Below, piece after piece: positions 1-11,448 of a stretch of 64,000 bases of DNA. The DNA is from Nemertoderma westbladi. Taxonomy: Eukaryota; Animalia; Xenacoelomorpha. Each line of letters starts with the position of its first letter. Within the stretch, counting starts at the first letter, position 1. The position numbers and the translations under genes are program-made. The stretch lies in NCBI GenBank assembly GCA_032718475.1, contig JAUCBJ010003340.1, positions 6,733 to 70,732 of the forward strand. Direction: 5' to 3'. The notes beneath the pieces are model-generated. The model was not told where the DNA came from, did no database searches, and saw only the letters and a list, made by a program, of their open reading frames with translations.

Positions 1-345
1 ACAGCCAATGCAATGGCGGTATATTGTTATAATTTGTTTAAAAATAGTTAATTTCATCTGTATTACTTATAAATATCTTAAAGATCAGGAAATATGAGGA
101 AATGGTAGAGCGAGGCTACCACTTCTATGCTGTTGTCTTTGAGACTTTCTGTCGACCTGCCCTGAGGCGGCTGCGTTTCTAAAGTTTTCTACGTTTCAAA
201 CAACACGTGATAGACTACTATATTGAATATTTTGGCTCTATATATATATATTTTTTTTAAATTAATTAATTTTTGCTGTTTCATTATCATTTATTATTAA
301 TTAACTTCTAAAATGACTTTACTGTTTTATATGTTATAGTACATT

Positions 346-668
346 ATGATAATGCTCTCCATAGCGAAAAATATCAAACCGCCCCTATTGGGGCTCGAAC
401 CCGGGCCTTTCTCTACTCATAATAAACTACAGCGTTATTTCCGTGCTCTGCCAGAAATGGCAACCATGCTTCAAAGAATAACTATTATACAGTGTTGTAG
501 AAACCACTGTAACCCCGTATCGCTTTCTATAACACTGTATAATAGTTATTCTTTGAGGCATGGTTGCCATGTCTGGCAGAGCATGGGAATAACGCTGTAC
601 TTTTCTTTGAGTAGAGAAGATTCGCCCTCACCCACCCCACAACAATTCATTCATAATTTACTTTACTG
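346..668 (-). mobile_element. Partial copy of tRNA-like/hammerhead element family A, interrupted by a palindromic MITE
   Basis: 346-405 is the reverse complement of ~29996-30053 (B box GGTTCGAGCCC and 3' arm); 620-660 matches the upstream flank gaattgttgtggggtg at 29887; A box and ribozyme core are absent. Confidence 0.75.
409..618. mobile_element. Foldback MITE, ~95-bp inverted arms
   Basis: ttctctactc...tacagtgttgtagaaa pairs with tttctataacactgta...gagtagagaa around a ~20-nt spacer. Confidence 0.85.
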
Positions 669-2619
669 TTTTCACAAGAGCGGAGTAGGAAATACAATTT
701 AGTTTGTAACTTAGTAATATATTTTAAGGAATACATGACCAATTAGAATAAACAATAACAGCGCAAAGAATGATAAACGCAATAATGCGATCTGCATAAT
801 TGTGTAGATTGTACTGTACTTGTGTGTCAGTAGATTGTGTATCCCGTGGGGCAACAACTGTTACCGGAGGAATATTACACCATTGTTATTCTGAGGAATT
901 TAATTAACAACATAATGATTATCGACACGACTCTGTACACTGTACAATACATCAACCCAAACTGTGGCAATGACGTTATTGTGTAACTGTGTTCCTATTT
1001 CTTAGTATGCATACAGTAGAGGCCTATGGATATGATGAGATAGGTCATGGTAAACAAACCTATTGGCCTACCGAATACTGACCTTCTAAGTATTATTATA
1101 ATTGTCACATCATTGTAAAGGAATTATCGTACCTTCAGTAAGATAAGCTCCTAAACGTCTTTTTAAAATAATTACAAGTGCTAACACACTTCGTTTACTG
1201 TTTTGGTTTCTCGGTCAAGCAGAATGACTTGAAACTAGCTCGCATAAAACACAGCCCTTCAACGACTTGTTACTTACGGACTTCGACAACCCTTTCAAGA
1301 TAGTACAAAAACACAGTGATTTCTATTTTCCAGATGTTATTAATGTCTTCCTTGGAATAAAAATAGTGTACAGTACATACCACCATAGAAAAACCTTTGG
1401 GAAGAGGGAAAAAGATAAACTGTGTGTGGGGTGTTTTGGGTCCGTTAGGATCCAAAGTTTTTAGTTGTGTTTTTAGTCGTAATAAACTGGGTGCGGCTCC
1501 ATGCTATTGGAAAACTTGGCAAAAGTGCAAACACCAGGTTACTTTCAGTGTCCAAACGGGTGTGGGACCGATTGGACGCAGGAAGTTAGCTGCTACTTGG
1601 TCTTACGACTCAGCAGCTTGACCAGAGGTCAAGCACTACCATAAACTGACATGGTCTTACCCGGGGGTGGCTGCTACTTTGTCCTACGACTCAAAGGTCT
1701 GACTGAGGTCGCGCCGAGGAGCCTGCGGGCAGAGTGCGCAAGCACTAGAGGGCTAGTTGGCCAAAGCTCTGTCTCAGTGGGAACTACCCATGCTCCTAAG
1801 CTCCACCGATACTAGGCGAAGCAAACAAGCAAGCGAATCAACTATAACCGGGAGAAATTAAGTACTGACAATGCAGTAATGGATGCTTACACAGTAGAAG
1901 TTCAAAACCACTTTGAAGTACTTCAGTCAATGGATGAAGACCAGTCTACTAAAGCTTCTAGTTCCGAAGAACGTGTTGGAAATGGAAAGATCACTTCAGC
2001 AACTTGTTTGGGCAGCCACCAAACATTGAGGTCAGCCCTACAAGGAAAATATATGACAAGACGCTACCTATAGAAACAGGGGACTTCGCACCTGCCGAAC
2101 TCCAAAGAAGCATTAAAAGCATGTCCAATCATAAAGCGAGTGGATTAGATGAAATCCCTGCAGATGTATGGAAAACAGGAGTGCTAAACAGACCATTATT
2201 GAATGTTTGCAACCGGATGCAGAAAGGGAAAAAGTCACCACCAATTTGGACTAAGGATCAACTAAAGCCTCTCCCTAAGAAGGGAGACCTTGGTGTACCA
2301 ACAAACTATCATGTGATCTGTCTGTTTGTGGTAGCTGCCAACAGTGCCGGATTAAGCTGTGGCCCTAAGGCACATTTTAGTAATTTCCAAATATGGCCCG
2401 AAAATTGATATTTTTCCGCAAACCCTTTCAAAAGAAAAAGCTGCTAAAAACAACTGAAATTGTGAAAATGTTGCGAAGGAAATATAAAGTATTTTCGTTG
2501 GATGACTGCGTGCAAATAAGTACTAAGTACTATTTTGTGATAGACAAAGTGTAGCAGTTACAAAATCGGTTCTAGAAGATCCAAATGGCCATGTTTTACA
2601 AACCAATATTCACGATTGT

Positions 2620-2914
2620 AGCCCTAAAGATGCTAAACATTTTGGTATATGTTTAATGGAAATTGAGTAAAAAATAAAAAAGTAGTAGGGAATTTAGTGA
2701 TGAAAAAAGTCAAAATCGACAAACTGATAAAAAGGTTGTTTTATACAGAGAGGCATAAATATCAGCAATATATTATGTTGTTGAAAAGAGCAGTTTTGAG
2801 GTCCAAAAATAATACAATGTTGAAAACCGTATGAAGCCCTTCTTTCAAAGAGCAAAAAATTGTGTAAATTTTCGAAAATTTCATTTCTGTAGGGGTTATA
2901 ACGAGCCCCCTTAA
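2620..2914 (-). mobile_element. End fragment of a TTAA-flanked (Kolobok-like) element
   Basis: Reverse-complement similarity to 17573-17880; terminates at ccccc-TTAA. Confidence 0.6.
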
Positions 2915-3682
2915 GGGGGCCCGTTCACCGAGAAGGGTAAAATTTGGACGATTTTTATTTTTAATTTTATCCAATACATAATTTTACGGTGATTTTAATG
3001 GTAAAATCTGCATTGCTATAAGACTTTTAGTTTTTGAAATACAGCTATTTAAATATTCCACTAATTTAATAAAATTATTAGTTAATATAATAAATATATT
3101 TAAATAACTAAATATATCTATAATTCTTCACTATTTTCTAATTATCACTGCAGAAATGGACTCAGCGTAATTTTTAGACCTTAGAACATGTCTTAATTAT
3201 CGATTATAACCAATTGGTTATTGATTATTGACAATAAATAATAACCAATAGGAGATGGTTTTGCGCGAAATTCAAACTCAAATGTTTACCTGCATTTTTC
3301 TCAAATGTGCTTATTTTTTACTAAAAATCTATCTCCTTCGCCATTTCTTAACGGATTTCAATTTTTTTGTGGGAGGTTGTAGCTGAGGATTGTGTCTACA
3401 GAATGATGGGCCGGATTTTCAAAATTTTGCCTCAGTCAGAAGTTATGACGTCATCAATCTTATTTTTTCGAAAAAAACAAAATTTTATGAAAAAATGACA
3501 TTTGTGACGTCATAACTTTTGATTGCAGCAAAATTTTGAAAATTATTTATATTATTTACATTATTCTGTAGACACAATCTTTACCGACTAACAGACTTCA
3601 TTAGATATTAGATAAACTGTATTAGATAAAATTAAAAATAAAAAACGTCAAAATTTTACCCTTCTCGGTGAACCCGGCTTTA
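2915..3682. mobile_element. Nested TIR element (Kolobok-like MITE)
   Basis: gttcaccgagaagggtaaaattt / aaattttacccttctcggtgaac inverted ends, TTAA on the left; inner inverted repeat ~3390-3580. Confidence 0.7.
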
Positions 3683-5939
3683 CAGGACTTGCTGTGAAAT
3701 ATAACACACCAAAAGTGTGCACTTGTGCAAAGATATAATATTTCTGATCTAGATTTGGACTTACTGAGAAAGTAATGTTCTTCGATAAGAGAACTGTCTC
3801 GGAAATAAGCACTTTTTGTGACTAATTTTAATTTACCCAAATTCAATTACAGTATGCTGTCCGAGAGTTTTAGGTTTTGCAGGAATTGCACCTAAAATGC
3901 CATCGAATGCAAAATTAAATACACGAGGGCAGAACATCTGAATTTCGGTTAAATTAAATTGCAGTATAGTGACAAGAAGTTATTTCTGACACGTTTTTTT
4001 TTTTATCAACAACTATTTTATCTACAACTAATTTATTTGTTTTATCTATTAGGGCCTATATTTATAAAACTCGTTTCCGGTAAAAAAAATTAATTTCTCA
4101 CTACCATCTCCAGGCCGTACATTTACGACCTTGATTTACGATATACAGTATTTCCAGTTGTCACCACGTCATTATTTAGTTGTTCTAGAAAGTTTTAAGT
4201 ACATAACTACAAATAATTCCCCACAAATAAATAAAATTAAATTCTCAATTGTTCATAATTAGCACTTTAAAGTTTTACTGCCCATGTTGTATTATTTCCC
4301 TGCCATCAGGTCTTGAACTAATAACACAAGCAGCAGTCGGTCGATTGAGCTACAATTTTGCAATTTCTACCACAATTTCTACCACTAACTCGAAGTAGTC
4401 GAAAGATTCACTTTTGTTCTGTTTTCTAGAAATTTTTGTGAGAAAAAATGTGGACTTTTCAGATAAAAATATTTTTTTTCACAGGAATGACTCGCTGAGA
4501 AAAAATGGCCCGTTAATCCGGCACTGGCTGCCAAAATATATAACAAAATGATTCTATATAGAAATAGACCTCAAATAGAGAAACAACTGTGTGAGAACCA
4601 AAACGGGATTCAACCAAGTAGATCAACAATAGTTCAGAAACTTGCGCCACGGAGACTGATTGAGGGAATTAAGTCAAAGAATATCCCCGCTGTCCTGACT
4701 TTTGTGGATTTCAAGAAAGCATTCCACTCCATCCATAGAGGTAAAATGCTGGTAATCGTAAGGGCTTATGGAATACCAGAGGTAATTGGATAATTATATT
4801 ATGACATAGAAGCACAGGTATTCCCACCTGATGTTGAAACTGAGTTCTTCTCAATCCTGGCTGGCGTACTACAAGGTGACACATTAGCACCATTACTATT
4901 TGTAATTGTGCTGGATTACGCAATGAGGACGGCCACAAAGGGTGAAGATCTGGGATTCACACTACAAGAACACAGATGTAGTAGATATCCGGCAACTACA
5001 GTCACAGACACCGACTCTCCGGGTAACATTGCCCTGCTCTCTAATACGCTAGCAAATGCACAGCTTCAATTGAATGAAGTGGAAAGGGCTGCTAAGGAGG
5101 TTGGATTGCATATATAAATGCTACCAGGACCGAATTCATGACTTTTAATGTTAATGGAAATTTGACAAAAATTGATAATAATCAACTAAGGAAGGTTGAC
5201 GACTTCCAGGCCTTGGATCATGGATAGAGAGTAACAAAAAAGAAATAGAAGTTAGGAAAGCAAAGGCATGGGTAGCTCTATCAAAAATGGATACCATCTG
5301 GAAATCAAATCTCCCCAGGCACCTGAAGACTAAGTTCTTTCGAGCCTCAGTGGAAAGTGTACATTTATACGGGGGTGAGACCTGGACACTGACGAAATCA
5401 CTTGAACACTGAATTGATGGTTGCTAAACAAGACTACTAAGGGCAGCCCTAAACATCAGCTGGAGACAACACATGAACAACACCATGCCCTATGGTACTA
5501 TACCACCTGTATCAACGACCCTCTGTGAACGCAAATTAAGATTCAGTGGGCACTGCTGGAGAAGTAATGACAAGGTCATACCAGATCTACATTTCTGGCA
5601 ACCAACACATGGAAAGCATACCCATGGACATTCGCATAACGTTATAGACCACCTTGAAAGGGATACTGAACTTAAAAGAAACGAAATTGCAACAACTATG
5701 GAGAATCGGGAAGCCTGGAAGGATCACATCTCCGCTGTCCGAGTTCGCTCGACCTAGTAGTAGTAGTAGTAGTAAGGATAGTGGTCTTTCCTTAGCAAGG
5801 ATCTGTTAAATACACGTTAAAGTTGTGATTGAAATTGACAGGTAAACTCTCCAATAAATGTATACACAGAACTTTATGCCACTAAGAGTTTTTATTGGAT
5901 ATAATAATTCCCTGGTTGATGTATGTAAGCCAAGCATAA

Positions 5940-6450
5940 TAGGAATGGGCAAGCTAATAAGAGTGAGGCTCTCCCATTGTGTGGAGATAATTGGGAGAGA
6001 ATTTAATACATTAATTTTATACAACTGTGGATGGGATATCATGCCATCAAATGTGGCGTAATGTAAAGAATTATGTCAGCCTTGTAGAAACTCAGATTCA
6101 AAAGAGCAGAACGCGAGTGTAATGAACCCAGTTGTTAATGGTGGTGTTGGTATGGAGACATGGGCTTCCTGGCTACAACTAAACTCCATGCTTGATAGTA
6201 AATTCGATCAAAAACTTTAAGTCTTGTTGGGGCAAAAATAGACTGCTAATGAAAAACGTGTATCTGACCTAGAAGCAGCCCAAACCGTCTTAACTGATAA
6301 ACTAGAGAGAGTAACTGCCTACAACAAAGTAAAGATCAATGCTCTGGAAACCTCTAATAAAGAACTTTTGAAGGAACTCCAGAACATGCGCGGCGAAAAC
6401 ACAGAAACAATTCGAAGCAGCACCACAAACTTCGTATCACTATATTGGTT
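5940..6450 (+). pseudogene. Degenerate LINE (CR1/L2) ORF1 fragment: PHD-like plus coiled coil
   Basis: Broken Cys/His pattern (NCG.GYHAIKCG) followed by heptad-like LTDKLERVTAYNKVKINALETSNKELLKEL; lies upstream of an L2 3' end. Confidence 0.45.
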
Positions 6451-6714
6451 ATTGCCAAGCTGTCATCTTTCCCAATAGCGGTGTGGAGTTGGGAACCGTC
6501 CCCACCCTTACTGACATACCACCACGAACAACACTGTGTTTGTAAGACTCAGGGTACAGGCAGTAGCATTAAGGACGAGCTCAGTATCGATAGGCTTGCG
6601 GTACCACGCAGCCGAAACTGTGTGACTCCTACATGTCACAACCAAATCAAGAAAGGGTAAGCGGCCTCAAGTGTAAAGAGTAAGTTATTCAAGAGTTCAG
6701 ATTGGGACGCAGGG

Positions 6715-7236
6715 CATTGAACTCATTATACTACGGGCTTCCAAAGAACTTAATACAGAAGCTACAAAGGGTTCAGAACTCAGCAGTTCGTTTAATAATG
6801 GGCATCAGGAAACGTGATAGACTGCACATAACACCGTTTCTAAACTCCCTGCACTGGTTGAAAGTTTCTTCTAGGATCGAGTTTAAAATTGCGCTTCTGA
6901 CCTTTAAATGTATGAATGGTCTTGGTCCGAGTTACTTAGTAGATCTGCTCGAACCATATTCATCACAACGCAACGTGATCTGAGATCTACAAATGGTGGC
7001 CTTCTCACAGTGCCGACCAGACGTTTGGTATTCTATGGGAGAATATCATTCTCATTTGCAGCTCCAACAATACGGAATAATCTTCCAGACTATATAGAAA
7101 TTTAATTATCAATTAATTAACAATTAATTATCTGATTTTATTTAAAAAATTTGTGTACATATAAATTCGTATAAACTTGTATATAGTATATTATGACCGC
7201 CTCTGATCATCACTCTAAGTGGCACTATATAAATCA

Positions 7237-7267
<31 letters not shown>
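6715..7267 (+). mobile_element. L2-clade LINE 3' fragment with (TAT)n tail
   Basis: KLQRVQNSAVRLI...HITPFLNSLHWL...RIEFKI is the L2 ORF2 C-terminal signature; tail 7229-7267. Confidence 0.88.
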
Positions 7268-7270
<3 letters not shown>

Positions 7271-7274
7271 TCTC

Positions 7275-7570
7275 TCAACTTCACAGTGGGTCGTTACAAC
7301 TCGACGTTGTAAGTCTATTCACTAACGTCCCGTTGAGAGAGGCGGTGCAGCTCACCAACATCGTGCACATGGACATGGCCTTGCTATTTTGGTTTGTTTT
7401 CACAACATCCAAACTGCGCCAATCGCTCCCATCTCTGAAACACCCTGTCCCAGATATTCTTGCTTCTAACGTCGTTTATTCATTCTCTTGTCCCTCTTGT
7501 AAGGGGGGAATATGTTGGACACTATATCCAACACCTGTTTGAACACGTTAGACAGCACCAGGATGTGACT
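7275..7570 (+). mobile_element. Internally deleted Penelope-like element (RT motif joined to GIY-YIG start)
   Basis: LDVVSLFTNVP (PLE RT motif) and SNVVYSFSCPSC..(YVG) GIY-YIG motif. Confidence 0.8.
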
Positions 7571-7819
7571 GCAAAGGATGGTGGTGAACAGTATTGAACA
7601 AGGCAAGACTACACAACCACATCATGACACACCGTGGCGAGCCCAACACATGTTGGCTGAGCGCTGGCGCGAGCTACTTAAAAATTTCAAAGTTTTTGAA
7701 CGGCGTCCATTGTTGCTGTTCTGCAAAAGCTTGAAATTTTCGCACGCACCGGGCCATTATCAACAAGCAGAAACGTGATTGGCGCTAGTTTGTATTGCTG
7801 CTTCCCAGTGGATGGTTAC

Positions 7820-8488
7820 CAGGGACTGTGATCGAATCGAAATCGAATCGAATCGGACGAATTTCACTGGGTCGAAATCGAATTGAATCGAAGGCTATTT
7901 TTTCAGAAATCGAATCGAATCGAAAAATGCCGAAATCGAATCGAAAATCGAAAGAAAATATTCGATTCGAATCGACTTTCCAAACTACATAAACCAATAT
8001 TGGATATTGAATCCCTTTTTGGTGTATGCCATACACACTAAAGTTGAAATAACTTTTGTGTGTGTCAATGGATTTTGCTCAAATTACGTGTAAACCGTTT
8101 CTACTTCGATGCTCATTCAATACATGTAATAAAATGTAAAATAATAAATAAAATAAAAATTCGCTGGGAAAAAAAAAGTAAAATCAATGCAATCCTATGG
8201 GTTAATTATTTCTATGGGAAAAAAGTAGGGCCTACTCCTTTTCCGTTGATTTTGGGGTATATATTCGAGCGAAAAAGTAACAATATAAAATTAAAATTGA
8301 AAATGTATATTTAATGACAAATAATTAAGTTCATTTGAAAGGTCGAATAATCGAATCGAAAGTCGAAATTTTTTACCCGAGTCGAATCGAATCGAAATTG
8401 TGCTGAATCGAATCTAAATCGAATCGAAAAATATATGGGAAGTCGAAGACGAAAAGTTGCTTTCGATTCGATTCGATACCAGTCCCTG
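7820..8488. mobile_element. hAT-type MITE with (AATCG)n subterminal repeats
   Basis: TIR cagggactg/cagtccctg; 8-bp TSD atggttac/atagttac; AATCG arrays at both ends. Confidence 0.88.
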
Positions 8489-9094
8489 ATAGTTACTGGT
8501 ATCTCTATGTTTCATTCCCCATTCCTTCTCCCTTTGGGACTTCACACTCTTGATGTCATCTCTTGGCTTGGCCTCATGAGAATGCCTTCCTTTGTGAGAC
8601 GTAATAGTCAAATTATTTGAGATAGTCAAATAATTTTCTAAAATAATAATCCTTATTTCATATAACTATGCAGCTAGGAAATTATTAAGATATACATTTT
8701 TTATGATACAAAAAAATTAAAAAAAATTACAAAACATTTTCGTATCATATCGCAATTTCTTAAAATGATATTAATATCACATTGTTTCTTTTTTTATACC
8801 TTCAAAAATCAGCATATATGCAAAATAACGTTCATCCATCATTACAGCGGTTACACATTATATATGAAAAATTGATTCTCATTAAAATTTATTAATTCAA
8901 GAAAACAATTTACCAAAAATAAACGCCACAATTTACTAAAAAGTCACCAAAAGGTGAGCATCTAACTTCATTAATCCAGCGAAATTTTTTCAACTACCAC
9001 TACCGTGGTAAATACAGCTACTGCAAAGCCATACCGTTTCCGCTACCACTACCACAAAAATTTACTACCGTACGATCCCTGTTTAGAAAGTGGC

Positions 9095-10539
9095 TCAGTG
9101 GAGATATTCAAGCACTATGGGAAGACACATTCTCGAACTTCCCTGCCGACTCACGGAAATCTAAACGTACCAAGCAACCTTCACCGGAATCCATCAGGGA
9201 GGCCAATGCACGATGTGCCGCTGTGATGCTGGCAGACAGACAATACCGAAAGGCAGTTCTAGCTCTTCTCTCTGAGGGGATGGCTGAGCTCTCCCAGGAA
9301 ACACTATCGGAGATGCTCTCCAAACACCCACAACGCCCACCCCCACCCCTTCCAACGGTTCCTGTTCCACCCCCTGCCTCCATCACTCCTGTGGCCATCA
9401 TCAAGGCTATTAAGACCTTCCCACCCGGTTCTGCTTCCGTAATCCTAAACCCCCTCCAAGTCGGGGTTGGGACCCCAATCGGTTGTGAGGCTATCATCAG
9501 ATCTGTTTCAACCACGCTTGAAGACACCTTTATCCCTGCAGACAACAAATGGGTTTGCTCATTGACTTTACCAATGCCTTCAATTCCATCGACCGATCCC
9601 GTATGTTTTCCGAAATCCGATGCATATGCCATCTATATCTGCATGGATGGAAGCCTGCTACAGCACACAGGGGATTCTCTGGATTGGTGACAATTACATC
9701 CTAAGTTGTGGCGTTCAGCAGGGCGACCCCCTTGGCCCTCTAGGGTTCGCCATAACGGAACACCCCATAATCTGTAGGATAAAGGAGGTAGTCCCAAACC
9801 TCCTCATCAATGCCTGGTACCTTGATGATGGCCCCCTTTGTGGCTTTCCCGAAGACCTTGATAAGGCCCTGAATACCCTAGAAGAAGAGTGGTTTACATA
9901 TGGCATTCAATTAAACCACTCCAAGTCCCAACTCTTCATCCCAGAATTGACCACTATGCCATTCAACCCCCTTCCTCACACCATCCCTGTTATCACAGAG
10001 GGCCTCACACTTCTCGGTTCTCTAATTGGTCCCCAGTCATACTGCGAACAGATGCTCTTATCCAGGATTGTAACAAGTCAAGACAATCATTGAGCATCTT
10101 CCAGACCTCCAGGACGCACAGATGGAGACCACCTTGCTCTGTTCATGCTTGTCACAACTCAGAACTTTTTGACCTAGATATGCGGGATGCCCTGTCAGAC
10201 TTAGTTGGGGTCTCTCTCTCAGATTGATCCTACAGCAAGGCTTGTCTGCCTACCTCCATGGGTGGTCTTGGTCTGCGCAAAGCTATCGACCATGGTCCTG
10301 CAGCATACTTGGCTTCTGTTTGCCAGTCGGAGGCTCTTGTATCACAAATCCTCCACCATAGCCCACTTAACAACCACATAGTCCCATCCCTCCAGTCTCT
10401 GGTGCAATCTGCAAATGAACCCCAATGGACCACCCTCGATGCTCTCCCAAGCCCAGTTACTCAATGGAAGCTATCCAATGCTATTGACCTGAAACTCCAT
10501 GAGCAGCTACTGTCCTCCGCACCAGACAATAAACTATAG
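9095..10539 (+). mobile_element. Degenerate CRE-clade non-LTR retrotransposon RT region
   Basis: PLQVGVG..GCEA, DFTNAFNSIDR (shifted frame), GVQQGDPLGP, AWYLDDG, MGGLGLR motifs over several frames. Confidence 0.82.
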
Positions 10540-11224
10540 AAATGGCTTGATAAATAATTATATCAATCTCTTATTTGTGTCGATTAATCATTTATTGTTA
10601 AATACAATGTTAAATTAATTTCAAAAAAATTACGTCCATTGACCAAATTGCAGTAAATGAAAATTTATAGAACTCTCCCCATATCAAATTATCAAATTGT
10701 TGTAAAAAAATCACTTGATGGCATGGCCTTGTATAAAGTACGCCTTGGGTGCAACCATGACCTACTATAACTGTTATAGTAGGTCATGGTGCAACTCGTA
10801 TATATTCCATCGAAACCACAATCCCAAAAAACCCTATTGAGCAAAAAATAGGTTCAAACAATAAATTTACAAAATTTACATATTTCACAATTTGGTGCTG
10901 GCACCAAAATTTGGCACTCGCCGAAAAAAACAAGTTTGAAATTTCTAAATTAATTTTTATGAATTCCATATAATTGTAGACATCAAAAAACCGGTGTAAA
11001 TCAAAAATAGAGATGTTTCAAATCATATTTCATGAAATGTAAAAAAAGTCTCAAAAAAAGTGCCAAAATTAGGGTTAAAAAATGGTGCTATAACTCGAAA
11101 ACTTCCCAATATTTTTAAAAACAGTTTTCACTATTAAGAAGACAATAAATTTTTAAGAAAAGTCATAAAATTTCAGATTTCCAACAGCGTTTGTTTCAGA
11201 GTTATAACAAAAAAAACCACGTAG

Positions 11225-11268
11225 AGTCATATTGACCCCCCCCCCCTCCCCGTGTTTAATAGGGTTAA
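11225..11268. mobile_element. Solo right end of a piggyBac-like MITE
   Basis: poly-C...aataggg-TTAA resembles the terminus at 22670-22689; partner end not found. Confidence 0.4.
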
Positions 11269-11448
11269 GACTCAAAGCTATATTATATTTCAGTTCCTTG
11301 CCTCCTATTTGCATCATCTGACAGTCAGTAATATGATTTTAAAAATAATTGCCTGAAATCAGTGAGAATCACAGTGCTTGTCTCCCCTGGCACTGGTGCC
11401 ATTGAACTGGAACCATTTTTTGGTCTGTTGAATTGCATTTATTCCAAT

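Larger units (their letters stand above)
2342..4526. mobile_element. Non-autonomous hAT-type DNA transposon
   Basis: Perfect 14-bp TIR cagtgccggattaa/ttaatccggcactg; perfect 8-bp TSD gctgccaa (2334-2341, 4527-4534); RTE sequence resumes across it. Confidence 0.92.
1815..5774 (+). mobile_element. Degenerate RTE-clade non-LTR retrotransposon (family RTE-1), split by a hAT insertion
   Basis: RT fragments GLDEIP, PKKGDL, VDFKKAFHSI, C-terminus RVRST-stop followed by (TAG)n tail; colinear with the 11520-13541 copy; internal deletion near 1950. Confidence 0.92.

Noticed and set aside
7219-7270. Poly-Tyr N-terminus of ORF 7219-7542
   Set aside because: (TAT)n tail of the L2 element fused by chance to a Penelope fragment
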